IMG/VR virus record: IMGVR_UViG_2537561827_000016
Direction: 5' to 3' (one strand)
Source of the DNA: a virus
Taxonomy: Duplodnaviria; Heunggongvirae; Uroviricota; Caudoviricetes
DNA: 31,901 nucleotides
The notes beneath the pieces are model-generated. The model was not told the DNA's origin. It worked only from the letters and a program-made list of their open reading frames with translations, and did not search any database. Both the position numbers and the translations under genes were made by a program. This document shows positions 1 to 8,605 of this stretch, piece after piece (the first letter of the stretch is position 1; each line of letters begins with the position of its first letter).

Positions 1-501
1 ATGCGCATAGTTACCGCTGCCGTCATGGCCTCAACGCTGGCAGTCAGTTCATTAAGCCACGCTGCTGAAGTCGGTTCAGGCGATAACTGGCATCCGGGTG
101 AAGAACTTACGCAGCGCAGTACGCAGAGCCATATGTTCGACGGCATAAGTTTAACCGAACATCAGCGTCAGCAGATGCGAGATCTTATGCAACAGGCCCG
201 GCACGAACAGCCTCCTGTTAATGTTAGCGAACTGGAGACAATGCATCGCCTTGTCACCGCAGAAAATTTTGATGAAAACGCTGTGCGCGCACAGGCAGAA
301 AAAATGGCGAATGAGCAAATTGCTCGTCAGGTTGAGATGGCAAAAGTCCGCAACCAAATGTATCGCCTGTTAACGCCGGAGCAGCAAGCGGTTTTAAACG
401 AGAAACATCAACAACGAATGGAGCAGTTGCGCGACGTGACGCAATGGCAAAAAAGTTCATCGTTGAAGCTATTGAGTAGTAGCAACTCACGTTCCCAGTA
501 G
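1..501 (+). CDS. cpxP: Periplasmic stress adaptor CpxP (host gene flanking the prophage)
   Basis: The 166-aa translation reads as enterobacterial CpxP from my recall (signal peptide [36 protein letters not shown] and [22 protein letters not shown] motifs). Followed by a strong intrinsic terminator. Confidence 0.93.
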
Positions 502-541
502 TAAACCCTGTTTTCCTTGCCATAGACACCATCCCTGTCTT

Positions 542-568
542 CCCCCACATGATGTGGGGGTTTTTTTT
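542..568 (+). terminator. Rho-independent terminator of cpxP
   Basis: GC-rich inverted repeat cccccacat / atgtggggg followed directly by a run of eight T. Confidence 0.8.
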
Positions 569-687
569 ATCAATTACTTACATGCAATCAAAAGTAAAAA
601 CAGTCACTTATCGAAAGCTGTAAGGGTTTGGAGTGGTTTCAAAATTTCTTGAGTGTGGACACTATGTGGACACTCAGAGGGGGAAAT

Positions 688-1668
688 TTATAACGTCACT
701 CCGCCTTTTAGTGGATTCAGAGCGACGGCATTTTGCAGGTAGTCAGGCGCAAGGTGCGCATAGGCCATCGTCTGCTGAATGCTCGCATGTCCCAGAATCT
801 GTTGCAGTGCGATTATATTGCCCCCATTCATCATGAAATGGCTTGCGAATGTATGCCGCAGGATGTGGGTTGCCTGATTGGGTGGTATATCAGGTTTCAC
901 TCTGCGTAAAATCCCGCAAAATTTCTCATAATCAACTTTGAATAATTTGGCGCTGGCCTCCTCTTTAACTTTTTTCTCCAGTTCCTCAGAAATCGGCACG
1001 GTTCGCTTTTTACCGTTTTTGGTTTTCAGGAAGGTAACCCTGCAATTTGTAATCTGTGCTGGTTTTAGCGTGGCAACTTCCGTCCATCTTCCTCCAGTGC
1101 TCAGACATAAAAGCGCGACAAGTAAGTCATCACCAGCCAAAACATTTAACAGTTTTGCGATTTCTGCTTTTTCCAGGAACGTCATTTCAGGGTTGGCCTC
1201 CGCCAGTGGCGGCAGTCCGTGAATTGGGGGTTGCCCGGAAAATTCATCCAATTGAATTAATTTTGTGAACATGCCGGATAATCGGTACATGTCACGGTTT
1301 ATCGTTGCGGCACTGATACCATCACGTAGTCGCATGGAACGATAATCCATCAAAGCCCTTTTGCTCATCCGGCTCACTGGTATATCACCTATGCCGCTGA
1401 TGGTTTTGAGTAGATGATTAAACTCTTTTGTTCCATGCTCGTGGTTTTGCCCGTGATATTTCCACCAGATGTCCAGCAACTCACTCAAAGTTCGGCGGTC
1501 TGCTCGCTGGCCTCCCCATTCTTTCTGACTGGCATTGGCGATTGTGTATCGCTCAAATGCTAGTGCTTCAGCTTTTCTTTCGAATTTCCTGCGGATGCGT
1601 TTTCCGTCGCGACCGCGAGGTCTAATGTCCACTTCATAGCGACCATCATCGAGCTTCTTAATTGCCAT
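688..1668 (-). CDS. int: Tyrosine-type integrase, P2/186 family
   Basis: N-terminus MAIKKLDDGRYEVDIRP matches P2 Int as recalled; C-terminal catalytic region has HxLRHT-like (ATHILRHTFASHFM) and terminal MAYAH tyrosine motif. ATG at 1668 preferred over the upstream alternative start; GAGGG RBS just upstream on the minus strand. Confidence 0.9.
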   Translation of the reverse strand: MAIKKLDDGRYEVDIRPRGRDGKRIRRKFERKAEALAFERYTIANASQKEWGGQRADRRTLSELLDIWWKYHGQNHEHGTKEFNHLLKTISGIGDIPVSRMSKRALMDYRSMRLRDGISAATINRDMYRLSGMFTKLIQLDEFSGQPPIHGLPPLAEANPEMTFLEKAEIAKLLNVLAGDDLLVALLCLSTGGRWTEVATLKPAQITNCRVTFLKTKNGKKRTVPISEELEKKVKEEASAKLFKVDYEKFCGILRRVKPDIPPNQATHILRHTFASHFMMNGGNIIALQQILGHASIQQTMAYAHLAPDYLQNAVALNPLKGGVTL

Positions 1669-1737
1669 AAGAAAGCCCTCCGGCGCTGTATTCACCATCT
1701 TGGTAGCAAATGGTGAAAATGTAATCTTTATATAGAG

Positions 1738-2031
1738 TTAGCCAATCCTTTTCGCGGAGTGGTTGGACTCTGTTGACTCTGGCCCAATGTGCGCGAGAGC
1801 CGGTGCGATTTGTCCTGCGTCCGGCGCGGTTTTATCTGTCATAAGCCATAGAGCATATTTTTGGAATGTGGGATGCATAGTGATTTTTAGCAAAGCTGTG
1901 CCACCGGGTTCAAAGTTTCCTCCTTCATATTTTTTAAGTGTGCTTAGCGGTAACTCTATGATTTCACAGAATTTTGATTGGCTTAGCCCTTCAGCCTCAC
2001 GCAAGGCCTTAATCTTTTCGCTTAATTTCAT
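1738..2031 (-). CDS. C: Immunity repressor, P2 C-like (HTH)
   Basis: 97 aa; the FQKYALWLMTDKTAPDAGQIAPALAH segment matches the P2 C repressor C-terminus as recalled. Divergent from cox, as in the P2 lysis-lysogeny switch. Confidence 0.85.
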   Translation of the reverse strand: MKLSEKIKALREAEGLSQSKFCEIIELPLSTLKKYEGGNFEPGGTALLKITMHPTFQKYALWLMTDKTAPDAGQIAPALAHIGPESTESNHSAKRIG

Positions 2032-2152
2032 TTGACATGGTGCCTATATAGGGACTAAATTCCCTCAAAACTGGAACCTATATAGGTTCCATTGATTTGA
2101 GAATAAACCAGCGTCTAAACGGTTTTGAGTGGTTTAGAAAGGGCTGGATCCT
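2032..2152. promoter_or_regulatory. C/cox divergent switch region with candidate Pe/Pc promoters and operator palindromes
   Basis: TTGACA at 2032-2037 with CTAAAT 17 bp downstream (candidate rightward Pe). CCTATATAGG at 2043-2052, and again at 2077-2086 inside a perfect 18-bp palindrome GGAACCTATATAGGTTCC (2073-2090). Confidence 0.5.
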
Positions 2153-2440
2153 ATGAGGGTACCATATATGGACGCTGAAAATTATGTGATTCAGTATCCG
2201 CTTGATGCGGTTCATGTGGATAAATTTGCTGATTTATTAGGGAAGCCAAAGACAGCCGTCAGTGAAATGGTGAAAGCAAATAAATTACCAATTATTGAAT
2301 TGCGTGATCCTTGCAAACCGAAGGCTCGTGCCGGTGAAAAATGGGTTTTCATTCCTGAGTTTAATCGCGCTGTACGTGAGGCGTTTTATAACCGACCGGT
2401 TGAACAGCGTGATGCATGGCTCTTGTGGATGGGGTTGTGA
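2153..2440 (+). CDS. cox: Cox-like excisionase / switch regulator
   Basis: Position and size (about 90 aa) match P2 Cox, with some similarity to it (LPIIELRDP, WLLWMGL end). An alternative start at ATG 2168 has better GAGGG RBS spacing. Confidence 0.75.
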   Translation: MRVPYMDAENYVIQYPLDAVHVDKFADLLGKPKTAVSEMVKANKLPIIELRDPCKPKARAGEKWVFIPEFNRAVREAFYNRPVEQRDAWLLWMGL

Positions 2441-2442
2441 TT

Positions 2443-2613
2443 ATGAATGAGCCGCGTTGTATTGCTCAGTTACTGCGTAACGAAAGCCCCAGGGCGATTG
2501 ACTTCACCATCACCCACGGGAAGGGGCGCAAGGGAATCATTATCCGCACCAAAAAACAGAGTCCGTTAAAGAAGGCTCTGACCTTTCTGAAAAGCCGGAG
2601 GGTATGGAAATGA
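2443..2613 (+). CDS. Small basic early protein (P2 orf78 position)
   Basis: 56-aa ORF from ATG 2443, between cox and B; Lys/Arg-rich. No recognised domain. Confidence 0.45.
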   Translation: MNEPRCIAQLLRNESPRAIDFTITHGKGRKGIIIRTKKQSPLKKALTFLKSRRVWK

Positions 2614-3110
2614 CAGTGATGACGCTTAATCTCGTTGAAAAACAGCCAGCAGCTATGCGCCGGATAATTGGTAAGCATCTTGCCGTCCCTCGCTGGCAGG
2701 ATACATGTGATTATTATAATCAGATGATGGAGCGCGAACGGTTAACGGTTTGCTTCCATGCGCAGTTAAAACAACGTCACGCAACGATGCGTTTTGAAGA
2801 AATGAACGACGTCGAACGTGAACGGCTGGTTTGTGCAATTGATGAACTGCGTGGGGCATTCTCAAAACGCCGTCAGGTCGGTGCAAGTGAGTATGCATAT
2901 ATTAGTTTTTTAACAGTCAGTCAGCGCCGTACTTTATTTATGCATGCCGGATTGACTGAAAAAGAATTCAACCAGCCATACTGGCGAATTAATGAAGAAT
3001 CATGTTACTGGCGTGATGCCTTATTCCGTGCATTACGTGAATTATTCAGCCTGTTTGAGTATGCACCGACAATTCTGACGTCGGTTAAACCAGAGCAATA
3101 TCTGCATTAA
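2604..3110 (+). CDS. B: Replication protein B-like (putative helicase loader)
   Basis: 168 aa, same position and size as P2 gpB; GGAGGG RBS upstream of ATG 2604. Identity inferred mainly from synteny. Confidence 0.6.
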   Translation: MEMTVMTLNLVEKQPAAMRRIIGKHLAVPRWQDTCDYYNQMMERERLTVCFHAQLKQRHATMRFEEMNDVERERLVCAIDELRGAFSKRRQVGASEYAYISFLTVSQRRTLFMHAGLTEKEFNQPYWRINEESCYWRDALFRALRELFSLFEYAPTILTSVKPEQYLH

Positions 3111-3173
3111 ATAATTAACCAGAGTTTTTAACGCACTTAATCGTGCGGGGCTTCTTTTTGCCTGGAGAAAGTC

Positions 3174-3398
3174 ATGCATACAGTTTCTGAAAATCAGTGC
3201 GGTAAATACGCATTACTGCTGCAACAGGCCAGAACCGAAGCACAGGCCGATGCAGCGACGCGCTTTTCTTCTCATCTTGACGCCATGATTCGCCACATCA
3301 CAAAGGCGGAGTTATCCCGCGTGGAGATAGTCGAGCTGCTCAGTCAGGAGTCGGAAAAATTTCACAATATCGGATTGTCTCGCGGGGAGGTGCTTTGA
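3174..3398 (+). CDS. Hypothetical early protein (P2 orf80 position)
   Basis: 74-aa ORF in the early rightward operon; end overlaps the next ORF start (ATGA). Confidence 0.5.
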   Translation: MHTVSENQCGKYALLLQQARTEAQADAATRFSSHLDAMIRHITKAELSRVEIVELLSQESEKFHNIGLSRGEVL

Positions 3399-3697
3399 TG
3401 TCCTGTTCTCGTTCAGTTGTATTACTGAACAATGCCTTAAAAATCTCCGTTATGAAAAATGGCGATTTGTCTCTTATTCAACTTAGGCTTGATAAAGAAA
3501 AACACGAAATAACTGAATCTGTTATCGCGATTTATCAGAACGAATTAAACCTCCTGTCTGATGTGGTCAATTTACTTGTGAAACGCGCTGTATTTCACAA
3601 GCAAATTTCCTCCGTGGATGAACTGACAAAATTAACGACAGAACTTGTCATTTATTGCGCTGATGTATCCAGGAAACTTAACGATAAAAGGAGCTGA
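3395..3697 (+). CDS. Hypothetical protein, AT-rich early-operon ORF
   Basis: 100-aa ORF in the early operon; visibly more AT-rich than neighbouring genes. No recognised motif. Confidence 0.5.
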   Translation: MMSCSRSVVLLNNALKISVMKNGDLSLIQLRLDKEKHEITESVIAIYQNELNLLSDVVNLLVKRAVFHKQISSVDELTKLTTELVIYCADVSRKLNDKRS

Positions 3698-3699
3698 TA

Positions 3700-3924
3700 A
3701 TGCCGGACAACGTAGATTTTATTCAGGAACAACAGGCTGAATTACTGGAGCGCCAGATTAACGCGGCAAGGGTAAAACATTGCGGTGCTTCTGCGCTGGT
3801 TTGCGAAGAGTGTGACGCGCCAATACCTGCTGCCCGTCGTGCGGCTTATCCGTCAGCCACGCGTTGTGTTTCCTGTCAGTCAGTCTTTGAAGCAAAAAAC
3901 AAACATTACCGGAGAATGGCATGA
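3700..3924 (+). CDS. TraR/DksA-family C4 zinc-finger protein (P2 orf82-like)
   Basis: 74 aa with CxxC...CxxC arrangement (CEECDAPIP ... CVSCQ) typical of phage TraR/DksA-like proteins. Confidence 0.7.
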   Translation: MPDNVDFIQEQQAELLERQINAARVKHCGASALVCEECDAPIPAARRAAYPSATRCVSCQSVFEAKNKHYRRMA

Positions 3925-4196
3925 GTATTCGTATTGAAATTGGCGAACGTTATGTCGTTACCAGTGACAGCTTTCAGTTTATTCTCCACGAGAGAAAGAG
4001 AGCGGAAAGCGGTAAAAACGCCGGTCAGGAATGGCTGGCAGTGGTTGGTTATTACCCGAAATTAAGCCAGCTCGTTTCCGGCCTGATGCATCACGATATT
4101 CTGACCGGAAGCGCAAAATCTTTTGCTGATTTAAACGCGCAGGTTGAGCAACTCAGCAAGCGTTGTTCAGAGGCTTTTGGCTCATATGGCCGTTAA
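3921..4196 (+). CDS. Hypothetical early protein (P2 orf83 position)
   Basis: 91-aa ORF immediately upstream of and overlapping the A gene start. Confidence 0.5.
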   Translation: MSIRIEIGERYVVTSDSFQFILHERKRAESGKNAGQEWLAVVGYYPKLSQLVSGLMHHDILTGSAKSFADLNAQVEQLSKRCSEAFGSYGR

Positions 4197-6462
4197 AGCC
4201 TCCGGGCGTTTTGTCCCTCCGTCAGTATTTGCCGCAGGCACCGGTAAGGCGTTTACCGGTGCTTATGCATGGAACGCGCCACGCGAGGCTGTCGGGCGCG
4301 AAAGACCCCTTACACGTGACGAGATGCGTCAGGTGCAGGGGGTTTTATCCACGATTAACCGCCTGCCTTACTTTTTGCGCTCGCTGTTTACTTCACGCTA
4401 TGACTACATCCGGCGCAATAAAAGCCCGGTGCACGGGTTTTATTTCCTCACATCCACTTTTCAGCGTCGTTTATGGCCGCGCATTGAGCGTGTGAATCAG
4501 CGCCATGAAATGAACACCGACGCGTCGTTACTGTTTCTGGCAGAGCGTGACCACTATGCGCGCCTGCCGGGAATGAATGACAAGGAGCTGAAAAAGTTTG
4601 TTGCCCGTATCTCATCGCAGCTTTTCATGATGTATGAGGAACTCAGCGATGCCTGGGTGGATGCGCATGGCGAAAAAGAATCGCTGTTTACGGATGAGGC
4701 GCAGGCTCACCTCTATGGTCATGTTGCTGGCGCTGCACGTGCTTTCAATATATCCCCGCTCTACTGGAAAAAATACCGTAAAGGGCAGATGACCACGAGG
4801 CAGGCATATTCTGCCATTGCCCGTCTGTTTAACGATGAGTGGTGGACTCATCAGCTTAAAGGCCAGCGTATGCGCTGGCATGAAGCGTTACTGATAGCTG
4901 TCGGGGAGGTCAATAAAGACCGTTCTCCTTATGCCAGTAAACACGCCATTCGTGATGTGCGTGCGCGCCGCCAGGCAAATCTGGAATTTCTTAAATCGTG
5001 TGACCTTGAAAACAGGGAAACCGGCGAGCGCATCGACCTTATCAGTAAGGTGATGGGCAGTATTTCTAATCCTGAAATTCGCCGGATGGAGCTGATGAAC
5101 ACCATTGCCGGTATTGAGCGTTACGCCGCCGCAGAGGGGGATGTGGGGATGTTTATCACGCTGACCGCGCCGTCAAAGTATCACCCGACTCGTCAGGTCA
5201 GAAAAGGCGAAAGTAAAACCGTTCAGCTTAATCACGGCTGGAACGATGAGGCATTTAATCCAAAGGATGCGCAGCGTTATCTCTGCCGCATCTGGAGCCT
5301 GATGCGCACGGCATTTAAGGATAATGATTTACAGGTCTACGGTTTGCGTGTCGTCGAGCCACACCACGACGGAACGCCGCACTGGCATATGATGCTTTTT
5401 TGTAATCCACGCCAGCGTAACCAGATTATCGAAATCATGCGTCGCTATGCGCTCAAAGAGGATGGTGACGAAAGAGGAGCCGCGCGAAACCGTTTTCAGG
5501 CAAAGCACCTTAACCGGGGCGGTGCTGCGGGATATATCGCGAAATACATTTCAAAAAATATCGACGGCTATGCACTGGATGGTCAGCTCGATAACGATAC
5601 CGGTAAGCCGCTTAAAGATACTGCCGCGGCTGTTACCGCATGGGCGTCAACGTGGCGCATCCCGCAATTTAAAACGGTTGGACTGCCGACAATGGGGGCT
5701 TACCGTGAACTACGCAAATTGCCTCGCGGCGTCAGTATTGCTGATGAGTTTGACGAACGCGTCGAGGCTGCTCGCGCTGCCGCAGACAGTGGTGATTTTG
5801 CGTTGTATATCAGCGCGCAGGGTGGGGCAAATGTCCCGCGCGATTGTCAGACTGTCAGGGTTGCCCGTAGCCCGTCGGATGACGTTAACGAGTACGAGGA
5901 AGAAGTCGAGAGAGTGGTCGGCATTTACGCGCCGCATCTCGGCGCGCGTCATATTCATATCACCAGAACGACGGACTGGCGCATTGTGCCGAAAGTTCCG
6001 GTCGTTGAGCCTTTGACTTTAAAAAGCGGCATCGCCGCGCCTCGGAGTCCTGTCAATAACTGTGGAAAGCTCACCGGTGGTGATACTTCGTTACCAGCCC
6101 CCACACCTTCTGAGCACGCCGCAGCAGTGCTTAATCTGGTTGATGACGGTGTCATCGAATGGAATGACCCGGAGGTCGTGAGGGCGCTCAGAGGTGCATT
6201 AAAACATGGCCTGAGAACACCAAATCGCCAGCAAAGAAACGGAAGCCCGTTAAAACCGCATGAAATGGCACCATCGGCCAGACTGACCCGGTCGGAACGA
6301 ATGCAAATTACCCGTATCCGCGTTGACCTTGCTCAGAACGGTATCAGGCCGCAGCGATGGGAGCTTGAGGCGCTGGCGCGTGGGGCAACCGTAAATTATG
6401 ACGGGAAAAAATTCACGTATCCGGTCGCTAATGAGTGGTCGGTTTTTTCAATTAAACAATAA
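4186..6462 (+). CDS. A: Replication initiation endonuclease A (rolling-circle nickase)
   Basis: About 758 aa from ATG 4186 (MAVKASGRF, the P2 gpA N-terminus as recalled). HWHMMLF HUH motif and a downstream tyrosine-containing region; very close to P2 A. The ORF track's upstream TTG start at 4144 is not preferred. Confidence 0.92.
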   Translation: MAVKASGRFVPPSVFAAGTGKAFTGAYAWNAPREAVGRERPLTRDEMRQVQGVLSTINRLPYFLRSLFTSRYDYIRRNKSPVHGFYFLTSTFQRRLWPRIERVNQRHEMNTDASLLFLAERDHYARLPGMNDKELKKFVARISSQLFMMYEELSDAWVDAHGEKESLFTDEAQAHLYGHVAGAARAFNISPLYWKKYRKGQMTTRQAYSAIARLFNDEWWTHQLKGQRMRWHEALLIAVGEVNKDRSPYASKHAIRDVRARRQANLEFLKSCDLENRETGERIDLISKVMGSISNPEIRRMELMNTIAGIERYAAAEGDVGMFITLTAPSKYHPTRQVRKGESKTVQLNHGWNDEAFNPKDAQRYLCRIWSLMRTAFKDNDLQVYGLRVVEPHHDGTPHWHMMLFCNPRQRNQIIEIMRRYALKEDGDERGAARNRFQAKHLNRGGAAGYIAKYISKNIDGYALDGQLDNDTGKPLKDTAAAVTAWASTWRIPQFKTVGLPTMGAYRELRKLPRGVSIADEFDERVEAARAAADSGDFALYISAQGGANVPRDCQTVRVARSPSDDVNEYEEEVERVVGIYAPHLGARHIHITRTTDWRIVPKVPVVEPLTLKSGIAAPRSPVNNCGKLTGGDTSLPAPTPSEHAAAVLNLVDDGVIEWNDPEVVRALRGALKHGLRTPNRQQRNGSPLKPHEMAPSARLTRSERMQITRIRVDLAQNGIRPQRWELEALARGATVNYDGKKFTYPVANEWSVFSIKQ

Positions 6463-6663
6463 TGACTACTACTGCAGTGTTGTGGGAATGTTATAGTGTT
6501 TGTGGAATTTTTCTATGAAAAACAATGAATTAATCTGTTTTTCATATTGAGCTAATTTTTTATGGCCACAGTTGTTAAAAAGTGAGAACATAATCTTGTT
6601 CAAAACCTGCTTCTATATACGGAGGCTTTCGCTATAATACGCGGTCGGTTTTAGGAGGGGATA

Positions 6664-7608
6664 ATGCCAACAGTAGTTTCACTTTTTTCTGGATGCGGTG
6701 GTTCCGATGCGGGGGTTTTGAGAGCCGGCTTTGATGTGCTTATGGCCAACGATATCTTGCCGTATGCGCGCGATGTTTATATTGCCAATCATCCAGAAAC
6801 TGATTACATATTAGGCAATATTGCTGATGTAACTACTTTTCCTAAATCTGATTTGCTGGTAGGTTGTTATCCATGTCAGGGATTCAGCCAGGGTGGTGCG
6901 CGTAAAGCCGATCGAAAAATTAATACTCTTTATTTAGAGTTTGCTAGAGCTTTAAACAATATAAAGCCTAAAGCTTTTATAGTAGAAAACGTGTCTGGTA
7001 TGGTTAGAAAAAATTTTGAGCATTTGTTATCTGACCAGATCAGGGTTTTTACTGAAGCAGGTTATACTGTTTCCGCAAAAGTTTTAAATGCGGCTGAATA
7101 TGGAGTAGCGCAGGAAAGAAAAAGAATATTTATCGTAGGAATCCGTAATGATTTCAAAGTTAAGTACGAGTTCCCTCAGCCAACTCATGGGCCAGCAACT
7201 GGCGTCAACTATGTTACTATTAAAGATGCTATAGGGCATTTACCTGAATGGCCAGAAGGGGAATTTTATGATATGGGATTCCATTGGTATTATATGTCTC
7301 GCAATCGTCGCCAGGATTGGGATCAAATTTCAAAGACAATAGTTGCTAATGCAAGGCATATGCCGTTGCATCCTGTCAGTCCTCCGATGGAGAAAGTAAG
7401 AACTGATGAATGGAGATTTGTTGAGGATCGGAGAGCTCGCAGATTCAGTTTTCGAGAGGCAGCACTATTACAAGGGTTTGAGGATCTAGTGTTTCCAGAA
7501 ACAAATGCTGCAAGTCTTGGCATGAAATACACGGTGGTTGGTAATGCAGTGCCTCCGCCGCTTTTTGAAGCTGTAACGAAGGCATTGCCAATAGAATTAT
7601 GGGATTGA
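6664..7608 (+). CDS. DNA (cytosine-5)-methyltransferase
   Basis: Canonical C5-MTase motifs in order: FSGCGG (I, AdoMet binding), PCQGFS (IV, catalytic Cys), ENV (VI), QERKRIF (VIII), REAALLQGF (IX) and GNAVPPPLF (X). AGGAGGGG RBS upstream; TATAAT at 6633-6638. Confidence 0.9.
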   Translation: MPTVVSLFSGCGGSDAGVLRAGFDVLMANDILPYARDVYIANHPETDYILGNIADVTTFPKSDLLVGCYPCQGFSQGGARKADRKINTLYLEFARALNNIKPKAFIVENVSGMVRKNFEHLLSDQIRVFTEAGYTVSAKVLNAAEYGVAQERKRIFIVGIRNDFKVKYEFPQPTHGPATGVNYVTIKDAIGHLPEWPEGEFYDMGFHWYYMSRNRRQDWDQISKTIVANARHMPLHPVSPPMEKVRTDEWRFVEDRRARRFSFREAALLQGFEDLVFPETNAASLGMKYTVVGNAVPPPLFEAVTKALPIELWD

Positions 7609-7615
7609 TAAGCTA

Positions 7616-8605
7616 TTAAGGCTCTGGATTTAATGTATAAAGCTCTTCCTCAAATTCGCGAAACCAATCAGAGGTAGTTATCGCTTCCCATTGGTTTGCC
7701 TTATCAAGTAGATATATGATTCTCAACCTATCTAATAATAATACCCCAGCGGTTGCGTGTGTGCTTACCCATTCGCCATTTGCTTCCCGATAGAAAACAG
7801 GCGTGAACATTGTTGATGGATGCTGGAACGCAATTTGGAAATAGGTGGTCAGTTTTAACACGTTAGCCTCTAATGTTTTGCTTGGCCACCCTGTTTCTTG
7901 TGCACCACATTGACCAAGAATTCCATAGTTGCTAGTTTGACCATCAGGAAATTCCACTGTAGCAATTAGGTCAAACCCGGCATCACCAGATGTGGGAGCT
8001 CTATTTATTTCCCTTGTGTTTAAACTACAAACTCCAAGATCTTTTCCTAAAGTTTGTAGAGCTGTCCGAAGATTTGTTCCATAATAATTTTGCCTATCAT
8101 CGGAGTTAGCATCAAAAATTCTTACGGTGCCATGTGCAGGTAAGAGAGAAATCATTGCTACTTTACATACTCTGGCAAAGCTCTTTGCCCAACGTTGTGC
8201 TGCTCCTTTAATCGACTTAAAGGATCTAAGTCTAGAGCAGCAAAGAAGAAAAACATATATTCGTTGTTGTTGGTTTAGATTTTCTTTAATAATTATCTCA
8301 TCACCTGAAATTATAAATGGATATATTTTTCCAAGAGCACTTTCTCTATATTCGAGTTGTGTCCAAACATCTTCGAGTTGCTCTTCAAAACGATCATTTC
8401 TCTCAGCGTCTCCATTAATTTCTTCTTCAGAATTACATTCTTCATCAATTTCTTCAACGCTTGTTATGCCGAATTTTCTTACTGAATCTAAATCATTTTT
8501 ATGTAGTGAGTTACGTCCGGTATAATTAATTACCGTGAGTAACTCGGCTAAATCTGCAAACAAATGAGGAGAGTTGGGATGCATAACTCCTACTTCAAAA
8601 GTCAT
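7616..8605 (-). CDS. Hypothetical protein; candidate effector (possible restriction endonuclease) convergent with the MTase
   Basis: About 329-aa ORF ending 7 bp from the MTase stop, tail-to-tail; overlaps the upstream ParB-like gene by about 11 nt. Acidic cluster EEIDEECNSEEEINGDAERNDRFEEQLED. No family recognised by eye. Start chosen at ATG 8605 after the GAGG RBS; 8608 is an alternative. Confidence 0.6.
   Translation of the reverse strand: MTFEVGVMHPNSPHLFADLAELLTVINYTGRNSLHKNDLDSVRKFGITSVEEIDEECNSEEEINGDAERNDRFEEQLEDVWTQLEYRESALGKIYPFIISGDEIIIKENLNQQQRIYVFLLCCSRLRSFKSIKGAAQRWAKSFARVCKVAMISLLPAHGTVRIFDANSDDRQNYYGTNLRTALQTLGKDLGVCSLNTREINRAPTSGDAGFDLIATVEFPDGQTSNYGILGQCGAQETGWPSKTLEANVLKLTTYFQIAFQHPSTMFTPVFYREANGEWVSTHATAGVLLLDRLRIIYLLDKANQWEAITTSDWFREFEEELYTLNPEP

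Noticed and set aside
633-836. 67-aa plus-strand ORF spanning attL and the int 3' end
   Set aside because: Overlaps the integrase C-terminus on the opposite strand; no RBS; likely spurious.
4144-4185. Upstream TTG start for gene A suggested by the ORF track
   Set aside because: The ATG at 4186 gives the N-terminus MAVKASGRF that matches P2 gpA as I recall it; the TTG extension overlaps the preceding ORF and is not needed.
8127-8525. 132-aa plus-strand ORF inside the unknown 329-aa gene
   Set aside because: Antisense to the better-supported minus-strand gene; Ser-rich, low-complexity translation.
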